DNA of 61,545 nt, the filler included, from Sphacelaria rigidula (taxonomy: Eukaryota): NCBI GenBank assembly GCA_964200075.2. It is 7 parts of 7 records of this genome, joined end to end, with 100 filler letters (N's around TTAATTAATTAA, not from the genome) between each part and the next. Parts side by side here need not be neighbours in the genome. Positions count along the whole stretch, not along the records: positions 1 to 8,707 come from CAXNAA020010315.1; positions 8,808 to 17,514 come from CAXNAA020010316.1; 5 more parts are not named here. One strand, given 5' to 3'. The notes below the pieces were generated by a model. It was given only the letters and a program-made list of their open reading frames with translations, was not told where the DNA came from and did no database searches. This document shows positions 1-10,275 of this stretch, piece by piece. Every line of letters begins with the position of its first letter. Positions within the stretch are counted from its first letter, which is position 1. The position numbers were made by a program, and so were the translations under genes.

Positions 1-52
1 AGATTCTAATCCTCCGGGTTCTCATCCTCAATCAAAAGCACCATCCTCAACA
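1..52. mobile_element. Truncated end of the palindromic AACAC-MITE family
   Basis: agattctaatcctccgggttctcatcctcaatcaaaagcaccatcctcaa resembles the right arm of the 18793-19243 and 23497-23940 elements (gatttgaattctccgggtttctcacccccaataaaagattcatccccaa). Confidence 0.5.
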
Positions 53-120
53 TAGATGATTGGCTGTTTAGGCAAAAACGAGGAGGTATACCTTTTCTAG
101 GCCATTGCCCAAAAGAAAAA

Positions 121-350
121 ACGTCGGTAGCAAAAGGTTTTTTTTTCATGAGTCAAGGGCAATAATCAGTTTTCAGTAAAATGCCCTCAATTCATAAAAA
201 CAAAACAACAAACCTTTTGCTACCGACGTAATTTGTTCTTCATGCCCTTTGCATTGTCCGTACATTTTTTTTACGATCCAACTCTAAGTATTGGCCGGAG
301 CATGAGCCTGCAACCATCAAATCCGCCTCTAGGCTGGCCCACCTCGTAGA
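121..350. repeat. Foldback-containing dispersed repeat (family also at ~13700-14115 and ~17805-18315)
   Basis: Inverted arms 121-140 / 210-229 (acgtcggtagcaaaaggttt / aaaccttttgctaccgacgt). Shared motifs gtaaaatgccctcaa and atccgc..taggctggccc recur in the other copies. Confidence 0.65.
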
Positions 351-2216
351 GTGATGCTACGATAGGGGTTGCACGTTTTTGGCGAAAATGTTTCTCGGGG
401 TGTTGAACGGGTCATTTTGAGAATCGGTATCATTTTTACTTGAAAATGACTGAAAATGATGCCGATTCACGAAAAGGCCCCCGCGTGCATTTCCATGTTC
501 GGTTCCCGGAGAGTTGGGTTGCACAGTAAGCCCCATTTATTTGAGCTGTCGCAAAAAAGAGACCCAGAAACAAAAAGTGCAACCCGTATCGTAGCATGGT
601 TCGCTAATATTTCATCACACTCCGAACTCAAAAGTGGATGTTCCATCGACGACACCATCCCTTTCGAAATTTATATCGTAGTCTGAACTTCCACCAGCAC
701 TACTTTGCCCGACCTCCCCTCAAGTGACAGTTTCACACTTTACTATTATATCCTCCACCTCGATAGTGGGTCTCTGCTCGGTCAAGCCTTGACTGACGGC
801 ATCGCACCTCACTCTTGATGGTATCATATATCCTCGCTCAACATGTCTGAGGGGTATTCTCAATGACCTTTGCGTCTGACTACCATTTGTGAAGTCTCCA
901 AGTTTGGGAACGTGAACCTGTGAGAGCAGTACCATCTCGTGCACCAAGGACTTCAGAAAAGCCTCATATTTGACACAATGCGATGGTTTCATTCCAGCCC
1001 TCGCAACATGATGAATCATGCGCCCCCGTGCGTTCCAGGACTTTTCCCCACACTCTTGCAACCGTGTGTCCATTGCTTCTCTCCTTTCCTCATCCGAATC
1101 AACTCGCGCCTCAAGAGGTCATTCAAGACTCTCGATCCAGATATGGGCAAGCTCCCATGGTCAAATCAGACACAACGCCAGTAAAAATCGCCAACAAACC
1201 CGTCACCCGGAACGCATCACCTCCGAACATAGATCGAACGTAGCTCCCGACCCAGACACGGGCCAACCTTAGAAAGCAAACCAAACTTCCTGAAGAAATG
1301 GCACTTGGTCGCACAGCGTCCCGTCCCACTGCGCATGGTGCAGTCCTGCAAGCATGGTCATGACGCCGTGACTCCTCGCAAGCCCGGCGCTCCGTCCATT
1401 TGCTGCCGCCTACGCTGGAAACTCCAAAAACGATCCACAGAAGTCGACCCGTTGGCCGTTGTCACTGCTTCTTTCTCCGTTTCTGCTGGCACTGCCGTTT
1501 ATGCCTTTCCCAACTCTTACACTCCTGCAGCCTTAATGCCACATTCTCCTCACTTGTCACCAAGCCTCACGAAGGTCGACTCGCTCCCCTCTTTAGATCC
1601 TCCTGGACTCAGAACAAGGTCACACGACTGCTCCAAGAGCTTCCTTATCGGGGCTTGAAGACTTCAAGACATATGTTATTCACAAACATACAGCCTTCGA
1701 GATCGGAAGGAACCGCGCACCTCCATGCTTACATATCACGTGTCAAGCAGTCATGGCCATACTCCATGGAATGTCCCATGACCCAATTTCATGTAATTAT
1801 ATCCAAATCACTGTATCAACAGACACGTATAGCATGCACCTGCAAGTGTACTGGAGGTGAAATGCACCACACATCTCCCAACGAAGTTCACTCCGTCTTC
1901 CTCGGTATGAGACTTGGCCTTGTCCTGCCATCCCGCAACCGTTGATGAATCGTTTCGGTCGCAGTTCTTCGTTATAGCCTCTTCAGACACTCCGCTGTAT
2001 CTTCGACCGCACCCATACCCATGTCTCCAACGCTAGACAATCTCGGAGTGCCTCCACTAGTACCATTGGCTACCGCCGGGAACTCCCGTTGCGTGGTGGT
2101 CGTACATCATTCAACACACCTGACCCACATATATCGTGCCAATTAACCATCGAAGGTGTCTTCGCCGTATTCGAGTTGCGACTGGCGCGCTTTCTCTTTT
2201 TCAGCCACAGTGCATA

Positions 2217-3552
2217 CAGTGGGGGTCCCGGTTTAAGAGAGGGATGTGTCAGATCAAGAAAACCTCTCTTGATGACCTTCTACTAAATCGGTTTAAGAGA
2301 GGTTTTCTCCTGAACCGAACAGTCGGGTCAAGAGAAAACCTCTCTTAAACCGAATATATGGATTATGGACAGTCTTTGAAGGGTCGCTTGTGCCGTTGTG
2401 CCGAATCAAAGTGTTGAAAGAGCATTTCAGATCGTTTGTGCGTGTTGTCGTCTCATCTATTCTGGACGCCGGTCTACACCTTTCGGTGTATGTGAGCGCA
2501 TTAGCCGGGGTCACACAGGCGGAAGGTCAACACAGGAGCGTTTCTTTTTCATTTGTTTTTAGTACCCCGCCTGCCTTCTGCGGTGCTTGCCTTTATCTTT
2601 TATCGCGAGAGGGGTTCAGCAGTCCTTTTCCCTCCTCGACCGTAGAGTCGAATTTCGTGTACCCACGACATAGGCGCTCTCCACGCTGGGCATGGTGTGA
2701 GAAAAAATGCCAGATCGCTCGGAAAATTGAACCCACGACCCTACCGTCGAAGAGTTTCGAGGTTACCAACTGAGCCACCGGGGCGACCACATCGTTTACA
2801 CAAGAATATTGTGCGCTAGAAGATCCACATCCAGCACGATCCCCCCTTGTTGTGAAAAAATCGATATATTTCGCGGGATCCAAGTTATCCCCACATCATC
2901 AGAGCAGAGCTGCAAACCCAGCACATGCGCGCCACACACACGTCACATTTCGGCAGCAAAAAACAAAACAAGGCAAAAATACAGAAAATCACACATACTG
3001 TACGGTACTTTGCACTGCTGTACAAGTGCTTCTCTCACCACCAGTGAAACTCAAGCATTAACACTCGTATTACCCAGCAACAGATACATTACATGCGCTC
3101 ATCGGCAGCTTCTGCAACGCTACATGAAGTCTGCCCTGCAACTGTGTTCTGTTTTCCTTGACCCAAACTCGTTCATCGAGACTAGGTTGGCCTTACGAAG
3201 ATGGCACGACACCTCCATGTTTCACCTCTCTGCTCTAATACTGCCGTATAAACACTAAAAAACCCGCCGCGCAAGGTATCATGCTTGCAGCCAGTGGAGC
3301 TTGAGGCTGTTTGTGTGTTACAACTGCTGGACGTACTAAGATGTTTTTCGGGCTACAGTACTGCGCAGTACAAGAGCGGGGGGGTTGGGGGTGGATCCGG
3401 TTTAAGAGAAAAGAGAGTTCGGTTGAAGAGAATGGGTCCGGTTTGAGAGAAACCAGGGTTCGGTTTAAGAGAGTGGTGTGCCAGACTTTTTTCACCTTCC
3501 TTAAACCGGCAATTCTCTTAAACTGAGCTCTCTTGAACCGTGACCCCCACTG
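2217..3552. mobile_element. Non-autonomous Tc1/mariner-pogo-type DNA transposon
   Basis: TIRs cagtgggggtcccggtttaagagag / ctctcttgaaccgtgacccccactg, flanked by TA at 2215-2216 and 3553-3554. Clusters of cggtttaagaga subterminal motifs at both ends. No transposase ORF. Confidence 0.85.
2543..2788 (-). mobile_element. tRNA-derived SINE nested in the pogo-type element
   Basis: Minus strand has a Pol III A-box (tggctcagttgg), a B-box-like ggttcaatt, a body and an A-rich tail. A second copy of the body and tail lies at 33421-33578. Confidence 0.75.
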
Positions 3553-4179
3553 TATTCAGAATCGGAACGACTGAAGGACGCTAGCGAGGAAGAGTATCCC
3601 GCCTGCTAGTATTGCGCACACCGCAGGTTCCAAGCGAAATACCATTGTCGGCTCGGCGAAAAACACAGCGTAGCTTAGACAACAATCTCGGTTGCAATTT
3701 CTTCAATTCCGGTTGTAGGTAAACACGAAGTGAACCACTTCACACGTCTATCAACCACTCCGCCATCAAATTGTGATCATGAGACTGAGAGTGAGTCTTA
3801 TTAGTCGCTCTAAATTGCATTGTAGAAAAAAAATGTTGGTGCTTTTCTTCGCCTGTAACACTGTCGTGGTCACAGCAACACGCCCATATCCTACCAATCA
3901 ATATCAAAGACTTCAGCTGCAAGCTACTACAGAAAGCATATCAAGCCTCGTATGAGGGCCGGAGGGGCTGAAACTATTTCATGCATTGAATGGTTCTCAT
4001 TCCCAATCCTATCCGCACTCTCAATCTCACGAAAACATTGTGACATGCAATAACCACTGATTTACACCCATGTACAGAACATTCCACCAAGACTCGCTCA
4101 TTTGAAGAGCTCAGCACAAGCAGCGACTACTGTACAAATGATAGCAATGTAGTTTGTATCCAACTATGAAAACTGAAAA

Positions 4180-6905
4180 GCCTCGATCGACTGCTTGAAG
4201 CCTTCTTCGAGCGCTCTGAATGTCACCTTCTACAGTGGCGCGGGCAACGCCACACTCTCGATGGGCTATTCGAAGCAGAAGCCCCAGAATATCATATATC
4301 ACAAGCCACATGATGCTCTCAAACGGCTGTTTGCATCGATATCCCCAAGATACTGCTGCGGCTGTGCGAGCACGATTAACCCTCAACCAGCGTCTTAATA
4401 CATTCCAAACATGGGCTTCTGCATTGACGAACGTTATGCAACGCCTCTCCATGCGCTTGTTCACTTTTTCTCAAACGCCATGCTAACCCTCGACGAGCTG
4501 GTGCAAGCGATTTACGAACGTCGGTCATTGGAACGACACAGGTCACCGCCTTTGACGGGCTCGTTGTTTTGTATCCACCCGTCCGCTGCTGCAGCGACGC
4601 TGGCGCCGCCATATCCTGGATCGGCTGGTCGAAGCAACCTCCGAACGTCAGCTACTGCAGCGACGCGCAGGCCACGTCACACACTCGATCGGCTGGCTAA
4701 AGCCATCTTCGAACGTCAGCTGCTACAGCGACGCAGGTCATGTCACACTTTCGAGCGGCTGGTTGAAGTAAGCTCCGAGCGTCAGTTACTGCAGCGATGC
4801 AGGCCATGACACACCCTCGATGGGCTGGTTGAACCTCATTCCGAACTTCAGCTGCTGCAATGACGTAGGCCACGCCACACCCTCGATAGGCTGGTTGAAG
4901 GCTTTCCCGAAGGTCAGCTGCTGCAGCGACGCACGCCACGCCACACTCTCGATGGGCTGGTTAAACCTCATGCAGAACGTCAGCTGCTGCAGCGACGAAG
5001 ACCACGCCACACCTTCCCGTCGGCTGGTTGAAGCAATATCCGAACTTTAGCTGCTGCAGTGACACAGGCCACGCCACACCCTCGATCGGCTGGTTGAAGC
5101 AATATCCGAAAGTCAGCTGCTGCAGCGACGCAGGCCACGCCACACCCTCGATCGGCTGGTCGAAGCAATATCCGAGCGTCAGCTTCTGCAGCGACGCAGG
5201 CCACGCCACACTCTCGATCGGCTGGTTGAATTCATATCTGAATGTTAGCTGCTGCAGCGATGCAGGCCACGCCACACCCTCGATCGGCTGGTTGAAGCAA
5301 TCTCCGAACGTCAGCTGCTGCAGCAACGCAGGCCATGTCACACCCTCGATCGGCTCGTTGAACCTTGTTCCGAACGTCAGCTGCTGTAGTGATGCAGGCC
5401 ACGCCACATCCTCGATAGGCTGGTTGAACCTTGTTCCGAACGTCAGCTGCTGCAGCGATGCAGGCCACGCCACACCCTTGACCGGCTGGTGAAAGCAACC
5501 CCCGAACGTCAGCCGCCGCAGAGATGTAGGCCACGCCGCACTCTCGATGGACTGGTCGAAGTCATCTCCAAATTTCAGCTGCTGCAGCGATGCAGGCCAA
5601 GTCACACCCTCGATCGGCTGGTTGAAGGCATGCGCGAATGTCAGCTGCTGCAGCGACGCAGGCCATGTCACACCCTCGATCGGCTGGTTGAAGTAAACTG
5701 CGAGCGTCAGCTGCTGCAGCGACGCAGGCCACATCACACCCTCGATGGGCTGGTTAAAGGCAAAGCCGAAAGTCAGTTGCTGCAGTGACGTAGGCCACGT
5801 CACACCCTTGATCGGCTGGTCAAAGATATACCCGAACGTCAGCTGCTGCAGCGACGCAGGCCATGCCACACCCTCGATCGGCTGGTTGAAGGCATGCGCG
5901 AATGTCAGCTGCTGCAGCGACGCAGGCCATGCCGCACCTTCGATCGGCTGGTTGAAGTAAGCTCCGAGCGTCAGCTGCTGCAGCGACGCAGGCCACGTCA
6001 CACTCTCGATGGGCTGGTTGAATATCATTCCGAACTTCAGCTGCTGCAGCGACGCAGGCCACACAACACCCTCGATAGGCTTGTTGAAGAACTCTGCGAA
6101 CGTTAGTTGCTGCAGTGACGTAGGCCACATCACACCCTCGATCGGCTGATTGAAGTATTTTCCGAACGTCAGCTGCTGCAGCGACGCAGGCCACACGACA
6201 CCCTCGATGGGCTGGTTGAACCTTGTTCCGAATGTCAGCTGCTGCAGCGAAGAAGGCCAGACCACTTCCGTGATGGGTTGATCAAACTTTCCTGGCTTTC
6301 GACCACAACGGCCCCCGAACACAATTTTCCTGACTTGCGGGGGCCAGACAACATACTCCAGCCTACGGTCAAACATACAGCCAAAGTGCCAGTTTCGCAC
6401 GTTGGCCAAAACATTGGTCTTGCATGACAGGATTGCCGCGTCAGTACTCAACATCCACACAATACTGTGTGGTCGTAACAAAGGTACTCGAGGATTATCA
6501 TTGCGACCCATCCTTCCAGCCATCACAGTCGGAGATTGCTCGGCGGTATCGGCCCATAGCCTGAGCGGTGTAGATATATCAATGTTCACCAATAGCGTGC
6601 TTACGCCGCGGCAAGCGATGCAGAGCTGTAGTGACGCCAACTGTAGTTGTTTTGTCCGCAAATATGACGTTCCCCCAGAGGAAGCCTCGTTGAGGGCAGT
6701 GGTGAAGGCGTCCAGACAAAGCTTGCTACCTGCCCCACAAACATGGAACGAGCGCTGTGCGGTTGAGCTTCTCTGGGATTATCAAGCAGCGACGTGAAAT
6801 CCGTCGCGAGTTGATGACGCAACGTGGGTCGGTACAGATTCTCAAAGAATGACGAAGGAATCGAAGAACAGTACGTGAAAACAGGAGCTTCAAGCTATTG
6901 ACCAT
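4180..6905 (-). pseudogene. FNIP-repeat (22-aa LRR-like) protein gene, disrupted; main open frame 4961-6661
   Basis: 66-bp tandem unit encoding FNQPIEGVAWPASLQQLTFGxx: 19 units in the 566-aa ORF plus about 6 more after a +1 frameshift at ~5015. In-frame stops near 4786, 4740 and 4725, and degenerate units down to ~4180. The non-repeat N-terminus is broken by a stop or frameshift around 6670-6730. Confidence 0.88.
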
Positions 6906-8620
6906 CGCACGCGCTTATTCTTCAGCCTTGTCCCACCTCCACGGGAATCGCGGGAAAATCATCATATCGAATTATCAGCGGATTTTACAGACTTCCTCAT
7001 GGTGACACCAGATATTCGTACTACTTCAACTAACTGGAGCTTCGTCCAAAAGGGGTGAAGGAGACCCTGAAGGTCACTTCACGGTGTTACATAGCATCAA
7101 ACTTTCACCCACGTGCACTAGACCACTCTTGTATGTGCGTTGGCACGCCAGTCGCCCATAATTCCTAGTAAGGAACGAAAGTATGGTATCGAAAAAATGC
7201 TCGAGCTCAAGGGCTACAATTCGCTGAACTGTAGTTATTGTACTGCAGTGCCTACTGCATGCGTTATGTTTTTGCTGAGATGTATACATTCCACTGCCCA
7301 AGACCCACCTCACCTGCTGCCGTTTCGAGGCCGGTGTCAGACACGTCAGTCCGCGCAACGTCGTGAATGTTTGCGATCGGAATAACTGTGCTGCAGGAAC
7401 CCGCCATCACTCAGCACTCCGCGCCGACAAATCTACGGCGAAGACAACAGAGAGCTGAGAACAAGTATACACCCTCTCGTGGAGGTTTTTCATTCGTGCA
7501 CACCTGCGATCGGAGAGACGAAAAACGACATCGTAAGATTGATGATGAGTCACTGCACCATTCCATGCATATCGCTCTCCACTGAGATTTGATCCACAAG
7601 CTGGGGATGGTTAGCCCTCGTACCGCTGTAGCTAGTGGGGGCGAACAGCCTGACAATCGCGGCACCAATGAGCGGATGGCAACCACCAGTTCATGAATGA
7701 ATCACGTGCCTTCATGCCAAACTTTGACAGACGGTAGTGGTAGCAGCCTACAGGACAGTTGTGAAAGCTGAGCATGTGATCTGACAGGCCATCAACATCG
7801 CCGATTGGTAGCTGAACCAATGGCGTTACCGATGCTAACCGTGACTTTTCCCTTCTATCTCATCTCCCTCTCGAGCAACCAACGTACCGATCCAAAGCAC
7901 TAAAGTGCGTGTCATATTGCTCGCTAGTCGTGAATACCTCGAACCAACCCGCACCAACAAGACATCAACAGGCTGAAATCGCAGAAATGATTGAACTCGA
8001 TTCGCACAGTTCCACCCGGACCATACGCAATTTCAATGTGCACCCGCAGGAATGGTGAATATTATGCCGTTGGCTGCCTGTTCGACCAGATTTTGGATTT
8101 GTACATTATCTGGAACGCTACACTCTTGTAATCAGCATCAGCCCGGTTGCGATCTGACCCTGCCTTCCGTCGCTCCCCAACGTAGCCCTTACTTCTCCCA
8201 TGTTTCCCCGATGAACCGACATATCCGAAAATAAACCGCGTGTCGCGGAGATATTTCCGTCTTGACCTTCATGACATCAATGAAATTTACCCTTGTATAC
8301 ACACAAGGTTGATATTCCAGTGCCCCCTGGTCGGGACAAACTATAACCACCATAGCGCCGCGTGTGCTGGTGTTGTTGCAGCTCTCAATAATGGCCTCCA
8401 TGTACAGAAGCATCAGGCACCTTGATGTACCCTGGTACATGTTTCAACTATAGGACAACTTTCCTCATGTCTTCCGCGCTAAAGTAAATACTATATCCAA
8501 GCAAATAGGCGGAAAACCACCGCTGTTTAGTGACCAATACCCCTCACCACTATGCGCACATAGGTACGGACACCTCCGGCTTCTTCACATTTCAGGGAGA
8601 GTGCACGACCTCCTACTCAC

Positions 8621-8707
8621 GAGCCATCCTACGATAGGGGGGGGGGGGGATTTTGGGCCATTTGTTGCTCGAAATTGCGAGCCAGATCGTCGTTGAAAGC
8701 AGCAACG
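8621..8707 (+). mobile_element. Partial GAG-TIR MITE (Sola-like family), cut by contig end
   Basis: gagccatcctacgatagggg...cgtcgttgaaagcagcaacg matches the left part of the complete copy at 56585-56845. Confidence 0.8.
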
Positions 8708-8807
8708 NNNNNNNNNNNNNNNNNNNNNNNNNNNNNNNNNNNNNNNNNNNNTTAATTAATTAANNNNNNNNNNNNNNNNNNNNNNNNNNNNNNNNNNNNN
8801 NNNNNNN
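8708..8807. other. Artificial contig linker N44-TTAATTAATTAA-N44 (also at 17515-17614, 26322-26421, 35129-35228, 43935-44034, 52741-52840)
   Basis: Identical 100-nt spacer occurs six times and carries stops in all six frames. Intervening segments are 8707, 8707, 8707, 8707, 8706, 8706 and 8705 bp, i.e. size-sorted unplaced contigs. Confidence 0.97.
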
Positions 8808-8876
8808 AGACGCCAGAAACGTCATTCCTGACCAGCCTCATTGGTCGTTCTGGAGGCCCGGTCCCAACAGGGTTAA
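8808..8876 (+). mobile_element. End of a short piggyBac-like (AGGG-TTAA) repeat; second copy inverted at ~50703-50822
   Basis: agacgccagaaacgtcattcctgaccagcctcattggtcgttc...agggttaa matches the reverse complement of 50703-50770, whose other end reads taaccct. Confidence 0.5.
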
Positions 8877-9261
8877 TACGTAACGTTCTCCAGAACGGGA
8901 AAATACGGATTTTCGGGGTATGTACCGGCAACGGAAGGAAATTCCCCGAAAGTAGGCACCTGCTTTGATTAGTTTAGCGATCGCTCGGCGTCCTTGTGTC
9001 ATTTCACAGGTCTGCGAACATGCCCTGCTCCGCTCGAAAAAAAACACCCGCTTATATGCATCAACGTGTCTGTCGGCGACGCTACTGTAACGCAACGAGG
9101 CTAAAAGTCAAAGGGCAAGAGGCAAGAGGCAAGAGGCAAGAGAGGCTGTCGAAACAACCTCATTTCCCTAAAAAACACCACAAGCAGGAACGATTTCAAG
9201 TACGCAGCGCACCGGCGCACAATTTGCTACGTTATATTATTGCTGCAGATGAAAATCTGAC

Positions 9262-9666
9262 CTGCACATCGGGAAATACTCGAAAAAACGCCTCCTTGTT
9301 CATCCCGGCCCGCGAGCTCCCCCCCCCCCCCCCCCCCCCCCCCACTTCCCCTGATTCAGCGCTACCCGCTCCGGCTTTTGCCCCGAGCAACGTTCCATCT
9401 CCTGCCTGCTTTCTTTGCTCTCCATCACCCAACGATGCGTTCTCGCCCGAAGCCGGTGGCGTGCCTCCATCCTCTCCAAAACTGGTGTCGCGATTATTAC
9501 TTGTAGTCGCCGAGGTCGCTGTCCCTGAGCCGGCCGAAGGGGTGCCGAGATTACCCATGAGCTTTGTCGCCATAGTGGGCTTGACGGACTGTGCTCTAGC
9601 TAACCGGAACCGGCGTTGCAGTAGATTGACTTCACCGTGCCGCCACCTATTGAGCAGCTCGTTCAT
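9262..9666 (-). CDS. Internal exon (135 codons, phase 0) of a host gene, possibly an EF-hand/NCS-like N-terminal region
   Basis: Pyrimidine-rich acceptor ctttcccccaccag| and donor cag|gtcaga; 405 nt open. Reads MNELLNRWRHGEVNLLQRRFRL-(G/S/T low-complexity insert)-GMNKEAFFRVFPDVQ. The product assignment is only a motif impression. Confidence 0.65.
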
Positions 9667-10184
9667 CTGGTGGGGGAAAGCCCGAGGCACGGAAGTCGAA
9701 AGCAGTTTTACCGTCTGCAATGGTCTTCGAGTCTACATGTTGGAGGTTATGACGAGAGGAAAACCTTCAGTCCGAGGCGTAACAGTGATAACAGCATTGC
9801 GAATCACAAGGGTCTCGTGATGAACCCACTGAGTGGAGGATGTGTTGTCGGGACGATAAACACAGAAAAGGTGGACAACGTTCAATCTCTTGAGCGCCCA
9901 CACCCCAATTTAGGCGCTACTTGGCCCGATTTCATGTCGGGGGTCTGGGATGGTCGTTTTTGATGGATAAGCAACGGTTTCTTCGCACAGACAGCGTGCC
10001 GCAGGAATTTGGGCGTAGATACGAGCAGCAGCACATGTGGTCACGGGTGTACGATTTCTTCAGGACTGCAGTGCGGGGCCTATGACCCAACAGAGATTAC
10101 CAAATGGTAGGAAACAATGGGTGCCCTTGGGTTTTAGTGTGCACACCGATAGTCGGGTCTTCAAAGGGGCTGAAAGCCCTAAGT

Positions 10185-10275
10185 GCCTCCAGCTCGTCCA
10201 GAACGTGTTCGTGTCTAAATTCAGTGCCGCTGGCGCCGCTTTGAGGTCTGCCAACGCACACTTTGCCTGGGACTC
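10185..10275. repeat. Dispersed repeat shared with 26660-26750
   Basis: ccagctcgtccagaacgtgtt...ttgag.tctg.caacgcacactt.gcc is present in both. Confidence 0.6.

Noticed and set aside
720-2090. Coding-like stretch, possibly a retroelement remnant
   Set aside because: All frames are interrupted and I could not find any diagnostic motif.
2715-2788. Possible tRNA gene
   Set aside because: An A-box is present, but there is no convincing acceptor or T stem, and it continues into a repeated body. Treated as a SINE head.
4411-6194. Many overlapping ORFs (SCCSDAGHATPS..., ACVAAAAD..., QLLQRRRP...)
   Set aside because: Alternative-frame and antisense shadows of the FNIP repeat.
8752-8763. TTAATTAATTAA as a biological motif or piggyBac target
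   Set aside because: Embedded in Ns and identical at every gap; an assembly linker.
8996-9820. 274-aa plus-strand Pro-rich ORF
   Set aside because: Antisense of the splice-site-bounded minus-strand exon at 9262-9666.
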